Virus record (IMG/VR): IMGVR_UViG_2563366911_000003
Reading direction: 5' to 3' (one strand)
Source of the DNA: a virus
Taxonomy: Duplodnaviria; Heunggongvirae; Uroviricota; Caudoviricetes
Length of the DNA: 40,184 nucleotides
Below are positions 20,039-30,571 of the stretch, in pieces; position 1 is the stretch's first letter, and the number at the start of each line of letters is the position of its first letter. The notes beneath the pieces were generated by a model. It was not told the origin of the DNA, ran no database searches, and saw only the letters and a list, made by a program, of their open reading frames with translations. Made by a program: the position numbers and the translations under genes.

Positions 20039-21496
20039 ATGAATACATCTCATGTAAGAGTTGTTACTCATATGTGTGGGTTCCTGGTTTGGCTCTATAG
20101 TCTTTCAATGTTGCCACCAATGGTTGTAGCATTGTTTTATAAAGAAAAAAGCCTGTTCGTTTTCTTTATAACTTTCGTTATATTTTTTTGTATTGGTGGC
20201 GGAGCGTGGTATACAACTAAGAAATCTGGCATTCAATTACGTACCCGTGATGGGTTTATTATAATTGTAATGTTTTGGATTTTGTTTTCTGTTATTAGTG
20301 CATTCCCTTTATGGATTGACTCAGAACTTAATTTAACGTTCATTGATGCTCTGTTTGAAGGGGTTTCTGGAATAACAACAACAGGAGCAACTGTAATTGA
20401 TGATGTTAGTTCATTACCTCGGGCATATTTGTACTATCGGTCACAGTTAAATTTTATAGGTGGTTTAGGAGTTATTGTTCTGGCGGTTGCTGTATTGCCA
20501 TTATTGGGTATTGGTGGTGCAAAGCTTTATCAGTCAGAAATGCCGGGGCCATTTAAGGATGACAAACTCACTCCCCGCCTGGCCGATACGTCACGGACAC
20601 TGTGGATAACTTATTCTTTATTAGGTATTGCTTGTATTGTCTGTTATAGACTTGCAGGAATGCCTTTGTTTGATGCTATTTGTCACGGGATTTCCACAGT
20701 TTCGCTTGGTGGTTTCTCAACTCATAGCGAGAGTATCGGATATTTTAATAACTATTTGGTTGAGCTGGTGGCTGGTTCTTTTTCCCTGCTATCGGCTTTC
20801 AACTTCACTCTTTGGTATATTGTTATTAGCAGGAAAACGATAAAACCTTTAATCAGAGATATTGAACTTCGTTTCTTTCTGTTAATAGCCTTAGGGGTGA
20901 TCATTGTTACCTCTTTCCAGGTCTGGCATATAGGTATGTATGACTTGCATGGAAGTTTTATTCATTCGTTTTTTCTTGCCAGCTCCATGCTCACTGATAA
21001 TGGTTTAGCTACGCAGGATTATGCAAGCTGGCCCACGCACACGATAGTGTTTTTGCTGTTGTCAAGTTTCTTTGGGGGATGTATAGGTTCAACTTGTGGT
21101 GGAATTAAGTCACTTCGATTTCTTATACTTTTCAAACAAAGCAAACACGAGATAAATCAGCTTTCTCATCCCAGAGCGTTGTTGAGTGTAAATGTAGGAG
21201 GGAAGATAGTTACAGATCGTGTAATGAGGTCTGTATGGAGTTTCTTTTTTCTTTATACTCTCTTCACGGTGTTTTTTATACTGGTGTTAAATGGTATGGG
21301 ATATGATTTTCTTACATCATTTGCAACAGTGGCTGCATGTATTAATAATATGGGATTAGGTTTTGGGGCTACTGCATCGTCATTCGGAGTGCTTAATGAC
21401 ATTGCAAAATATTTAATGTGCATAGCTATGATTCTTGGTCGCCTTGAAATTTATCCTGTTATTATATTGTTTTCAGGTTTTTTTTGGCGCTCCTAA
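20039..21496 (+). CDS. trkG: Potassium uptake protein TrkG (TrkH-family K+ transporter)
   Basis: Polytopic membrane protein from the ATG at 20039 (MNTSHVRVV...), matching recalled Rac TrkG; AT-rich codon usage. Confidence 0.85.
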   Translation: MNTSHVRVVTHMCGFLVWLYSLSMLPPMVVALFYKEKSLFVFFITFVIFFCIGGGAWYTTKKSGIQLRTRDGFIIIVMFWILFSVISAFPLWIDSELNLTFIDALFEGVSGITTTGATVIDDVSSLPRAYLYYRSQLNFIGGLGVIVLAVAVLPLLGIGGAKLYQSEMPGPFKDDKLTPRLADTSRTLWITYSLLGIACIVCYRLAGMPLFDAICHGISTVSLGGFSTHSESIGYFNNYLVELVAGSFSLLSAFNFTLWYIVISRKTIKPLIRDIELRFFLLIALGVIIVTSFQVWHIGMYDLHGSFIHSFFLASSMLTDNGLATQDYASWPTHTIVFLLLSSFFGGCIGSTCGGIKSLRFLILFKQSKHEINQLSHPRALLSVNVGGKIVTDRVMRSVWSFFFLYTLFTVFFILVLNGMGYDFLTSFATVAACINNMGLGFGATASSFGVLNDIAKYLMCIAMILGRLEIYPVIILFSGFFWRS

Positions 21497-21633
21497 TATA
21501 TGGCTGATTTATAATTGTGAGTTTAATATTATGTTGACTCACTCATTGATCCAATACCTAACTTTACCAGCAACACCTCCGCCCCCAGTAGCACTGGCTG
21601 CTGGGGTGCGTTTTATTCATAAAGCAAGGATGT

Positions 21634-22425
21634 ATGAGCGAGAAATTAAAGATAGTCTATCGCCCATTACAAGAATTGTCACCGTATGCGCACAACGCCA
21701 GGACGCACAGCCCTGAGCAGGTGGCACAACTGGTAGAAAGTATTAAGCAATTCGGCTGGACTAATCCGGTGCTGATTGACGAAAAGGGCGAAATTATTGC
21801 GGGTCACGGTCGTGTTATGGCGGCTGAAATGCTCAAAATGGATTCTGTTCCGGTCATTGTTCTGTCTGGCCTGACGGATGAGCAGAAAAAGGCGTACCGC
21901 CTGGCAGATAATCGCCTGCCGATGAATGCTGGCTGGGATGAAGATCTGTTGCGGATGGAGCTGTCGGACCTAATCAATGCTGATTTTGATGTCTCCCTGA
22001 CAGGCTTCATCCCGACAGAAATTGATGAACTGTTGACGGATGTTTTGCCCGGTACAGGAAATGAGGAGGAGCCGTATACGACGAAAATTGATACGCCTGT
22101 TTATGAGCCGTCGGGCGGTAAACCGGATATCAGTGAACTGTACGACGATACGAAAACGCAGGAGCTGATCAGCCGGATACGTTCGGCTTCCCTTGAGCCT
22201 GATATTGAGAAATTCCTCCTGTGTGCGGCAGAACGTCACACGGTGTTTAATTTCAGCAGAATTGCGGACTATTACGCTCACGCCCCCGCTGAAATTCAGT
22301 GTTTTTTCGAGGAGTCGGCGCTGGTGATCATTGATTATCAGCAGGCTATTGAAAATGGATTTGTCCGGATGACGCAGCGCATGGTGGAGATCATGCATGG
22401 TGGTGAGGAGGAGGAATATGCGTGA
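21634..22425 (+). CDS. ynaK: ParB-like nuclease-domain protein (YnaK-like)
   Basis: N-terminal ParB-N-like motif (LSPYAHNARTH ... GHGR) upstream of the packaging genes. Confidence 0.65.
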   Translation: MSEKLKIVYRPLQELSPYAHNARTHSPEQVAQLVESIKQFGWTNPVLIDEKGEIIAGHGRVMAAEMLKMDSVPVIVLSGLTDEQKKAYRLADNRLPMNAGWDEDLLRMELSDLINADFDVSLTGFIPTEIDELLTDVLPGTGNEEEPYTTKIDTPVYEPSGGKPDISELYDDTKTQELISRIRSASLEPDIEKFLLCAAERHTVFNFSRIADYYAHAPAEIQCFFEESALVIIDYQQAIENGFVRMTQRMVEIMHGGEEEEYA

Positions 22426-23350
22426 TGATTTTTGCGCCTTTATTCTGACTCACGGGCGACCGGACAAAGTTCTGACTTACCGAACGTTGCGTCGTGCTGG
22501 CTATACCGGGAAAATTTTTATCGTTGTTGATGATGAAGATAAGACACGGCATCAGTACATGGCTGAATTTGGTGAACAGGTGCTGGTGTTTTCCAAAACC
22601 GATATCGCCAGTCGTTTTGACGAAGCCGATAATTTCTGTGACCGCCGCTCAATTTTTTACGCCCGTAATGCCTGTTTCGACCTGGCAAAACTGGTCGGGT
22701 GTAAATACTTCATTCAGCTCGATGATGATTATCACGAGTTCCAGTTTCGGGTGGATCGCAACTATGACCAGGCCTATTTTCCGATAAGGAAACTGGATGC
22801 GATCCTTTCTGAAATGCTGGCGTACTACGAATCAATACCTGCTCTTTCCATCGCTATGTCGCAGGGCGGGGATTTTCTTGGTGACAATGGCGGCCATGCT
22901 TCGTGGGTGAAACGCAAGGCAATGAACAGCTTTATCTGTTCGGTTGATCGACCGTTCTCATTCATGGGGCGCATTAACGAGGATGTGAATACGTACACGA
23001 ATCTCGGTCGCTGTGGTGAATTGTTTATGACGATCGGTGCTGTCCAGTTAGGGCAGAAACAGACGCAGAAAAACAGCGGCGGAATGACCGAGCTGTATCT
23101 GGATTCCGGAACCTACGTTAAAAGTTTTTACTCCGTCATGTATGCGCCGTCGTGCGTAAAAATTTCACTGATGGGTGCCAGCCATAAACGCATTCACCAT
23201 CAGGTCACCTGGAACAACGCTGCAGTAAAAATCCTTCACGAAAAATACAGGAAGAAGACACCCTGCATATCAATGGGGGTGACAAATGATTCCGTATTCG
23301 AAAGTCGAGTCTCTGGCAGCGTGCCGGATGACTGCACAACAAATCGCTGA
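22418..23350 (+). CDS. ydaY: Hypothetical phage protein (YdaY-like)
   Basis: ORF with a gaggagg RBS before the ATG at 22418; function unknown. Confidence 0.45.
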   Translation: MRDDFCAFILTHGRPDKVLTYRTLRRAGYTGKIFIVVDDEDKTRHQYMAEFGEQVLVFSKTDIASRFDEADNFCDRRSIFYARNACFDLAKLVGCKYFIQLDDDYHEFQFRVDRNYDQAYFPIRKLDAILSEMLAYYESIPALSIAMSQGGDFLGDNGGHASWVKRKAMNSFICSVDRPFSFMGRINEDVNTYTNLGRCGELFMTIGAVQLGQKQTQKNSGGMTELYLDSGTYVKSFYSVMYAPSCVKISLMGASHKRIHHQVTWNNAAVKILHEKYRKKTPCISMGVTNDSVFESRVSGSVPDDCTTNR

Positions 23351-23537
23351 CGTTCTGGATGTTGATCTGAACCGACTGAAAGAAAATCGGGAAGCAATGA
23401 CAGATTTTTATGCGGCCATCCGTAAGGGCAGAGCGAAAGGTGAAGCCGAGTTACGAGCGGCATTGTTTAAGCTTGCCAGAAAAGGGGATGCCTTTGCTCT
23501 GCGCGAACTACTCAGGGTGGATAAAAATCAGGACTAA
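23328..23537 (+). CDS. Small hypothetical protein, possibly packaging-associated DNA-binding
   Basis: Short ORF immediately before the terminase small-subunit candidate; start uncertain (23286 or 23328). Confidence 0.3.
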   Translation: MTAQQIADVLDVDLNRLKENREAMTDFYAAIRKGRAKGEAELRAALFKLARKGDAFALRELLRVDKNQD

Positions 23538-23540
23538 CTG

Positions 23541-24635
23541 ATGAGCAGACCGGACTGGGGGGCGTTGCAGCAGGAGTATATTGCTGAATACACCCGCTCC
23601 GGTATATCTCCGGTGGCATGGTGTGAAGCAAGGGGACTGAATTACGCAACAGCCCGTCGTTACATCAAAAAAACTCCGAAAAATGCGCAGACAGAAATGC
23701 GCAAAACTGCGCAAAAAAGTGCGCAGAAAAAATCTGCGCAGACTGCACAAAAGCGGAACGAAAAATCTCAGGAAAAAAAGCCAGTATTCGATGCGGGCCT
23801 GAATGAGGGCGACGCGGAGGAATTTTCGTTCTGTCCCGATGAATTCGGCATTTCTGACCAGCAGGCTAAGTTTGCGATGCTTGTTGCTCAGGGTAAAAAG
23901 CCGACAGAGGCGTACCGACTAGCCGGTTATGAGGGGCAAGGTGCGACAGCTAACAGCAACGCCAGTCGTATGCTTAGAAATGCCAGGGTTTATCGTGCTA
24001 TCAGCTACTTCCGCAATCAGTACCAGAAACGCTATACCGCAGACCTGGATTTACTGGTGAGCCAGTTGATGGCCATTGTCCAGGCCGACCCCAATCAGTT
24101 GGCACAATTTCGCCGTGTTAACTGCCGTTATTGCTGGGGCGAGAATCATCTCTACCAGTGGCGTGATATTGCAGAATTCGATAAGGCTGCGGCACAGGCC
24201 TCCAGAGATGGTAAACCCGAGCCGGAATATGGAGGCCTCGGCTTTGTTGATAACGCCATACCCAATCCGGATTGCCCGAAGTGCTGCGGTGAGGGAACGG
24301 GACAGCTTTATATGGCTGATACCACACTGCTTGATGGGGATGCGCGGCAATTATATGCAGGGTCAAAGCTCGGAAAATACGGTGTTGAGATCCTGCTGGA
24401 GGATAAGGCTGCCGCCCGGCGTGAATTGTTGCGTTTGCTTTCTGCTGGCGGGGCATTATGTGCAGATAAGCGGCTACAGGAACTGGAAATTGAACGGCGC
24501 AGAATAGAAAACCAGAAGCTGCGCAAAGAGATCGAAACGGTGGAGGATAATGAACATCCCCAGCCTGTGGCGATCAATATTAATGTGGTTGATGCCAGAG
24601 TAAGGAGTGATGAAGATGATCTCTCCGACGCTTAA
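23541..24635 (+). CDS. Putative terminase small subunit
   Basis: Immediately upstream of and overlapping the terminase large subunit; N-terminal HTH-like region and an internal Cys cluster (CRYC...CPKCC). Confidence 0.55.
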   Translation: MSRPDWGALQQEYIAEYTRSGISPVAWCEARGLNYATARRYIKKTPKNAQTEMRKTAQKSAQKKSAQTAQKRNEKSQEKKPVFDAGLNEGDAEEFSFCPDEFGISDQQAKFAMLVAQGKKPTEAYRLAGYEGQGATANSNASRMLRNARVYRAISYFRNQYQKRYTADLDLLVSQLMAIVQADPNQLAQFRRVNCRYCWGENHLYQWRDIAEFDKAAAQASRDGKPEPEYGGLGFVDNAIPNPDCPKCCGEGTGQLYMADTTLLDGDARQLYAGSKLGKYGVEILLEDKAAARRELLRLLSAGGALCADKRLQELEIERRRIENQKLRKEIETVEDNEHPQPVAININVVDARVRSDEDDLSDA

Positions 24636-25917
24636 TGTGCCTCAGGCGCGATTTCTTTCAATGCCCCATAAATTTAAAGCCTATATTGCTGGTTTTGGCT
24701 CGGGCAAAACATGGGTTGGGTGTGGCGGCATATGCAAGGGGATTTGGGAGCATCCAGGTATAAATCAGGGATATTTTGCGCCAACGTATCCCCAAATTCG
24801 CGATATTTTTTACCCTACAGTGGAAGAAGTTGCTGCTGACTGGGGATTGAACGTAAAAATTAATGAGGGAAATAAAGAGGTTCACTTTTATTACGGACGC
24901 CAGTATCGGGGAACCACTATCTGCAGATCGATGGAGAAGCCACAAACGATCGTCGGTTTCAAAATTGGTAATGCGTTGGTGGATGAACTGGACATTTTGC
25001 CGAAGGAAAAAGCCAGAACGGCGTGGCGCAAGATAATTGCACGTATGCGTTATAAGATTGATGGACTTCGCAACGGTATTGACGTTACAACCACGCCGGA
25101 AGGATTCAAATTTGTCTACGAGCAGTTTGTTAAAGCCGTGCGTGAAAAAACAGAGCTGGCCTCACTGTATGGTCTGGTGCAGGCATCTACTTTCGATAAT
25201 GAAAAGAACCTGCCAGCAGATTACATTCCTTCGCTTCTTGAATCATACCCTCCAGAGCTGATTAAAGCCTATCTTCGAGGACAGTTTACTAACCTGACAA
25301 GTGGTACTGTTTACCATCAGTTTGACCGGAAACTGAATAATTGCGAAGAAGTGGAGCAGCCAGGGGAGCCGATTTATATTGGGATGGATTTTAACGTTGG
25401 AAAGATGGCGGGAATCGTCCATGTGCTGCGTTTGGGGCTTCCATGTGCGGTAACTGAAATCATCAATGCCTACGATACGCCGGATATGATCCGCATCATT
25501 AAAGAACGCTTCTGGCTGTATGATGGGAATGATTACCGGAAAGTGAGGGAAATTTATATTTATCCAGATGCTTCCGGGGATTCCAGAAAATCAAGTAACG
25601 CAAGTACGACGGATATAGCCCAGCTTAAGCAGGCTGGTTTTAACGTTGTGGTGAACAGCTCGAACCCGCCAGTAAAAGATCGCGTTAACTCAATGAATGC
25701 AATGTTCTGCAATGCCAATGGTGAGCGTCGCTATAAAGTTAATGTGAAGCGTTGCCCGTTATATGCCGAATCTCTGGAGCAACAGGTCTGGGATGAGAAG
25801 GGGGAGCCTGATAAAAAATCTGGCAATGATCACCCGAATGATGCCGGAGGTTATTTCATCGTTAAGCAATTCCCTATTGTCAAACCGACCGGAAGAGTCA
25901 CATCACTTCGGATTTAA
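24616..25917 (+). CDS. Terminase large subunit
   Basis: Walker A (AGFGSGKTW) near the N-terminus, with a C-terminal nuclease-like region; aaggag RBS before the ATG at 24616. Confidence 0.8.
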   Translation: MISPTLNVPQARFLSMPHKFKAYIAGFGSGKTWVGCGGICKGIWEHPGINQGYFAPTYPQIRDIFYPTVEEVAADWGLNVKINEGNKEVHFYYGRQYRGTTICRSMEKPQTIVGFKIGNALVDELDILPKEKARTAWRKIIARMRYKIDGLRNGIDVTTTPEGFKFVYEQFVKAVREKTELASLYGLVQASTFDNEKNLPADYIPSLLESYPPELIKAYLRGQFTNLTSGTVYHQFDRKLNNCEEVEQPGEPIYIGMDFNVGKMAGIVHVLRLGLPCAVTEIINAYDTPDMIRIIKERFWLYDGNDYRKVREIYIYPDASGDSRKSSNASTTDIAQLKQAGFNVVVNSSNPPVKDRVNSMNAMFCNANGERRYKVNVKRCPLYAESLEQQVWDEKGEPDKKSGNDHPNDAGGYFIVKQFPIVKPTGRVTSLRI

Positions 25918-25919
25918 TT

Positions 25920-27326
25920 ATGGCTGATATATCAACACCCAACCTCGACTATAACGATATGCTGGAGGCGTGGGATATTAACGACGCACTGATGGGCGGT
26001 ACGCTTGAAATGCGCAGGCAGGGGGAAAATTATCTCCCAAAATGGCCTAACGAAGATGAAGACGCTTATAAAAAACGCCTGTCTGTGGCTACGCTACTTC
26101 CTGTGTATGAAGAAAGCATCAAGCAAAATATTGGGCGCATATTTGCAGAGCCGACAGTATTGAGTGAGGAAACGCCGGCAAAAATCAGGGAATATGCAGA
26201 AAATATCGACATGGAGGGGAGCCGACTGGATGTGTGGGCGCAGCAATTTTTCAGCCTCGCATTTCAGTATGGTGTGGCACATGCGCTGGTGGACTATCCA
26301 CGAACGGATATGAAAGAGATTCGGACAAAAGCCGATGAAAACGCGACCGGTGGTCGTCCGTACGTTACGATGCTGAATCCACGCCAGGTTATTGGATGGA
26401 AATCGAAAGTTGAAAAAGGGAAAGTTGTTCTCACTGATTTGCGTATAAAAGAGGTCATCATTATTGATGGTGATGATTTCGGGCAGAAGAAGGTGGAGCA
26501 GATCCGCCATATTATGCCCCGTCGAGTTGAAATTTATCGACGTAGCGAAGGCACTAATGGCGAATCTGTCTGGACGCTTCATGAGTCATGGAATACCAGC
26601 CGTGATGATATTCCTCTGGTAACACTGTACACGAAGAAAACAGGATTTATGCGTGGTACACCGCCATTGCTTAATCTTGGCTTGCTGAATATCAAGCACT
26701 GGCAAAGCCAGAGCGAGCAGGACAATATTCTTCATGTTGCCCGCGTTCCATTGCTGGTGGCCTACGGGCTGGACAGGAATGAAGAACTGACGGTTGGTGC
26801 ATCCACCGCTACGATTTTTGAGGACAGAACAAAAAATGGCCTCGAATATGTTGAACATAGTGGCGCAGCGATAGAATCTGGCGAAACATCACTTGAGAAG
26901 CTGGAAAATCAGATGCGTCATGCCGGCGCTAAACTTCTGCGTGCTGAAAATACATCCACCAAATCTGTTGATCAGACTAATGAAGAGCGAATGCAGGAAA
27001 ACTCGCCGCTTTATACAATGGCGAACTCCCTCGAAGATGCCCTCGATAATATTCTCCAGATAATGGCGGAATGGATCGGAGAGAGTTGCGGTGGCAATGT
27101 GGATGTGCGCACTGAACTGGATGTATCTGCCCAGGTGTTTGACTCATCCTCCGCGCTGGCTGTTCAGTCATTGCGTCAGGGCGGTGATATACGTCAGATT
27201 GATGCGGTTCGGGTGTTGCAGGCGTTGAAATTTATCGATCAGGATTCCCGTCCAGAGGAAGTGATCGATGAATTAAAAAATCAGAGTGTAATGCTGATGG
27301 AAATCAATGATGCAAACCGTGAATGA
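25920..27326 (+). CDS. Portal protein
   Basis: 468-aa ORF directly after terminase large subunit; assignment by position and size. Confidence 0.7.
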   Translation: MADISTPNLDYNDMLEAWDINDALMGGTLEMRRQGENYLPKWPNEDEDAYKKRLSVATLLPVYEESIKQNIGRIFAEPTVLSEETPAKIREYAENIDMEGSRLDVWAQQFFSLAFQYGVAHALVDYPRTDMKEIRTKADENATGGRPYVTMLNPRQVIGWKSKVEKGKVVLTDLRIKEVIIIDGDDFGQKKVEQIRHIMPRRVEIYRRSEGTNGESVWTLHESWNTSRDDIPLVTLYTKKTGFMRGTPPLLNLGLLNIKHWQSQSEQDNILHVARVPLLVAYGLDRNEELTVGASTATIFEDRTKNGLEYVEHSGAAIESGETSLEKLENQMRHAGAKLLRAENTSTKSVDQTNEERMQENSPLYTMANSLEDALDNILQIMAEWIGESCGGNVDVRTELDVSAQVFDSSSALAVQSLRQGGDIRQIDAVRVLQALKFIDQDSRPEEVIDELKNQSVMLMEINDANRE

Positions 27327-28422
27327 ACGGCTGCGTGATGAATCAATTGCTCATGCAGTCTGGATATCCCGCTATAGCACTGGCGTGGCTGCCAGAATGG
27401 TGAAAATACTGAATGACAGCGATGCGGAACTTACTGCTCGCCTGCTGATAGCACTGGACAGCCTCGATCCAGGTAGTTTTACCGTTAAGCGCCTGGAGTC
27501 ACTTCTGGCGAGCGTCAGAGAGGTTAACCGCACTGCTATTAACAGCATGTTTACCAGTCTCTCCGGAGAGCTGAACGAGCTGGCAATTTATGAGGCTGGT
27601 TATCAGTTAAGTCTGTTTGATTCTATGCTACCTGATTTTGTTGCTGATGTTCACCCTCTGGTTGGTATCTCTCCTGATGCACTTTATGCCGCTGCAATGG
27701 CGCGACCATTCCAGGGACGACTGCTCAGTGAGTGGGCCTCAGATCTTGAGGCGGATCGGCTCAGACGCATAACAAATACAGTGCGTCAGGTTTTTTTGCT
27801 GGGGGATACCAATGAGCAGATCGCAAGAAAAATTCGGGGACATGTCAGTAAGGGATTTCAGGATGGTGCATTGCAGATGAGCCGGGCTAATGCGGCCAGC
27901 ATTGCAAAAACAGCGGTTGGACATCTTGCTGCTACTGCCCGTGAGAGTTTTGCCAGCGCGAATAATGATTTGATTAAGGGTAAGCAATGGTTATCAACGC
28001 TTGATAATCGTACTACGCCACAATGTCGAATCAGGGATCGCCTCAAATATACGCTGAATAATAAACCTGTAGGTCACAGCGTGCCTTATTTGCAGGGGCC
28101 GGGAAAAATTCATTTCTGCTGCCGCTCAACGGAAACGTTCATTCTGAAATCAGCGAAGGAACTGGGTATTGATGTTCGCGATATTTCCCCGGCTGAGCGG
28201 GCCAGCATGGATGGCGTGGTGGCCGGAGATACAACCTACAGGGAATGGTTTTTGCGTCAGCCTTACACCAGACAAAAACAGATTGTGGGGGAAACCCGAG
28301 CAAAGCTGATTCGGGATGGTGGTATGTCGCCAGATGAATTTTACACCGATAAAGGCGAATGGCTGACGCTGAAGCAGCTCCGTGAGCGTGATGCACAGGT
28401 ATTCAGAAAAGCAGGGATTTAA
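27307..28422 (+). CDS. Head morphogenesis protein (Mu gpF / SPP1 gp7-like minor head protein)
   Basis: 371-aa ORF overlapping the portal gene end; assignment by position and size. Confidence 0.6.
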   Translation: MMQTVNERLRDESIAHAVWISRYSTGVAARMVKILNDSDAELTARLLIALDSLDPGSFTVKRLESLLASVREVNRTAINSMFTSLSGELNELAIYEAGYQLSLFDSMLPDFVADVHPLVGISPDALYAAAMARPFQGRLLSEWASDLEADRLRRITNTVRQVFLLGDTNEQIARKIRGHVSKGFQDGALQMSRANAASIAKTAVGHLAATARESFASANNDLIKGKQWLSTLDNRTTPQCRIRDRLKYTLNNKPVGHSVPYLQGPGKIHFCCRSTETFILKSAKELGIDVRDISPAERASMDGVVAGDTTYREWFLRQPYTRQKQIVGETRAKLIRDGGMSPDEFYTDKGEWLTLKQLRERDAQVFRKAGI

Positions 28423-28442
28423 ATAAATCATTTATTACAACA

Positions 28443-28466
28443 GGCTACCTTCGGGTGGCCTTTTTT
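28443..28466 (+). terminator. Stem-loop with T-tract inside the head operon
   Basis: ggctacc-ttcg-ggtggcc stem (one G-U pair) followed by T6. Confidence 0.45.
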
Positions 28467-28526
28467 ATTGCTGCGATCCGGATGGTGAGCAGCGTAACTG
28501 TCGGAAGACTTAAACCAGGTACTAAT

Positions 28527-29291
28527 ATGAAACTGAAAACGGTCGAGATTAACGGAAAACAATACGCAGAAATTGATACTGCTGGCCTGCCAGTTTATGT
28601 GCACGACGATGGTAAAGAAATTGGCTTCGATGCACCGCTGGCGACAAAAAAAATTACAGAGCTTAATGGCGAGGCAAAAAATCATCGCCTGGCTAAAGAA
28701 GCTGCAGAGGAAAAACTGGCTAAGTTTGCCGCGATCGAAGACCCGAAGAAGGCGATCGAGGCACTGGAAATGCTGTCAAAAATCGACCAGAAAAAGCTGC
28801 TCGATGCGGGACAGGTTGACCAGGTTAAGGCAGAAATTACGAAAAATTTTCAGCAGCAATTAGATGAAGAAAAGCAACGCTCTCAGATGCTGGAGAAGCA
28901 GCTTTACGATTCTATGATTGGCGGTAGTTTTGCGGGTTCAAAATATATTGCCGATAAAATTGCGATCCCGGCAGATTTATTACAAGCCCGCTTCGGGCAG
29001 GCATTCAAAGTGGAAGAAGGGAGGATCGTTGCTTATGACGCTTCCGGCAACAAAATTTATTCCCGCGCGAAGCCTGGCGAACTGGCGCAGTTTGATGAGG
29101 CGCTGGAGTTCCTTGTCGAAAATTACCCTCAGAAAGACTACATCCTGAAAGCCAGTGGCAACAATGGCGGCGGCTCCCGTCCGACACAGCATGATATTGG
29201 TCAGAAAACGATGAAACGCTCTGCTTTTGATGCACTGGATGTTGCAGGTAAGCAAAACGCATTGAAAGACGGTATCACAATCGTTGATTAA
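28527..29291 (+). CDS. Putative scaffolding protein
   Basis: Charged, helical, coiled-coil-like sequence immediately upstream of the major capsid gene. Confidence 0.5.
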   Translation: MKLKTVEINGKQYAEIDTAGLPVYVHDDGKEIGFDAPLATKKITELNGEAKNHRLAKEAAEEKLAKFAAIEDPKKAIEALEMLSKIDQKKLLDAGQVDQVKAEITKNFQQQLDEEKQRSQMLEKQLYDSMIGGSFAGSKYIADKIAIPADLLQARFGQAFKVEEGRIVAYDASGNKIYSRAKPGELAQFDEALEFLVENYPQKDYILKASGNNGGGSRPTQHDIGQKTMKRSAFDALDVAGKQNALKDGITIVD

Positions 29292-29389
29292 CACATTTGT
29301 CAGCTTCCGGATGGGAGCTGGTGTCAGGGCTGGATAGCTCATTACTCCATCTATTCACAATTACGCAAATTTTTAAGGAATATTTAATT

Positions 29390-30529
29390 ATGGCTGGAAA
29401 TACCCTGACCGGGTTGATCCCGACTATTTATACCGCCCTGGATGTTGTATCCCGTGAGCAGGTAGGTTTTATCCCTGCGGTAGCAAAAAACGCAAAAGCT
29501 GACGCCGCAGCAAAAGATCAGACGGTAACCGCGCCAGTTGCGCCTGAGGCGAAAACCGAAGATATCGTACCGGGGCCGTCAGCTCCGAATACCGGTGATC
29601 AAAATATTGGCACTGTTGATGTAAAAATTACTAAATCCAAAATGGCACCGGTTAAATGGAATGGTGAAGAACAACTGGCTCTTGGCCCTTCAGGGACTTA
29701 CAACACCATTCTGGCTGATCAGTTCAAGCAGGCTTTTCGCGCCCTTGCAAACGAGGTTGAGGCTGATCTTGGTGCGTTGTATTTCGGTGCTTCCCGCGCC
29801 GTGGGAACCGCAGGGACAACGCCGTTTGGTGTTAAAGATGATCTTTCTGATGCTGCTCTGGCTCGTCAGGTTCTGGAGGATAACGGCGCACCGACAACCG
29901 ATCTGCAGATGGTGCTTGGCTCCACTGCCATTGCTAATTTGCGCGGAAAACAGTCTGTATTGTTTAAAGTGAATGAATCCGGCACTGAACAGCTACTGCG
30001 TGAGGGCGTGTTGGGGCGTCTGGAGGGATTCAATATTCACAGTTCGGCAGGTGTGAAACGAGCGCCAAAGGTTGCTGCAACTGGTTATCTCGTGAATGGA
30101 GAGAAAAAAGAAGGCGATGTTCTTATTTCCATTGATACTGGTTCGGGGAGTATTTCTGCAGGTCAGATTGTTACGTTCGCTGGTGATCCGAATCAGTATG
30201 TTGTGGCAGCAGCGACCAGCAATCTGATTACTCTTGCAGCGCCCGGACTGCGTCAGGATCTGGCCGATGATACTGCCATCACAGTTGTTGGGGCCTTTAC
30301 TGCAAATATGGCGTTTGATCGCAACGCGTTTCTGCTGGCATCCCGTACTCCGGCAATGCCGGAAGGTGGCGATAATGCTGATGATGTAATGAATGTTACG
30401 GACCCGATTTCAGGGATTACATTCCAGATTGCACTGTATCGTCAGTATCGCCAGGTGCGCTATGAAGTTGGACTGGCATGGGGTGTTTCATCAGTGAAGC
30501 CGGCACATGGTTGTCTGATTCTTGGTTAA
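29390..30529 (+). CDS. Major capsid protein
   Basis: ~380-aa ORF from the ATG at 29390 (RBS aagga), followed by a strong terminator hairpin. Confidence 0.65.
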   Translation: MAGNTLTGLIPTIYTALDVVSREQVGFIPAVAKNAKADAAAKDQTVTAPVAPEAKTEDIVPGPSAPNTGDQNIGTVDVKITKSKMAPVKWNGEEQLALGPSGTYNTILADQFKQAFRALANEVEADLGALYFGASRAVGTAGTTPFGVKDDLSDAALARQVLEDNGAPTTDLQMVLGSTAIANLRGKQSVLFKVNESGTEQLLREGVLGRLEGFNIHSSAGVKRAPKVAATGYLVNGEKKEGDVLISIDTGSGSISAGQIVTFAGDPNQYVVAAATSNLITLAAPGLRQDLADDTAITVVGAFTANMAFDRNAFLLASRTPAMPEGGDNADDVMNVTDPISGITFQIALYRQYRQVRYEVGLAWGVSSVKPAHGCLILG

Positions 30530-30539
30530 ACATTCAAAC

Positions 30540-30559
30540 GGGGCTTCGGCCCCATTTTT
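30540..30559 (+). terminator. Rho-independent terminator after the capsid gene
   Basis: ggggc-ttcg-gcccc stem-loop followed by a T-run. Confidence 0.6.
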
Positions 30560-30571
30560 AATGGGGGGCAT

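Noticed and set aside
24051-24577. Several overlapping ORFs on both strands
   Set aside because: They lie within the terminase small-subunit ORF in alternative frames.
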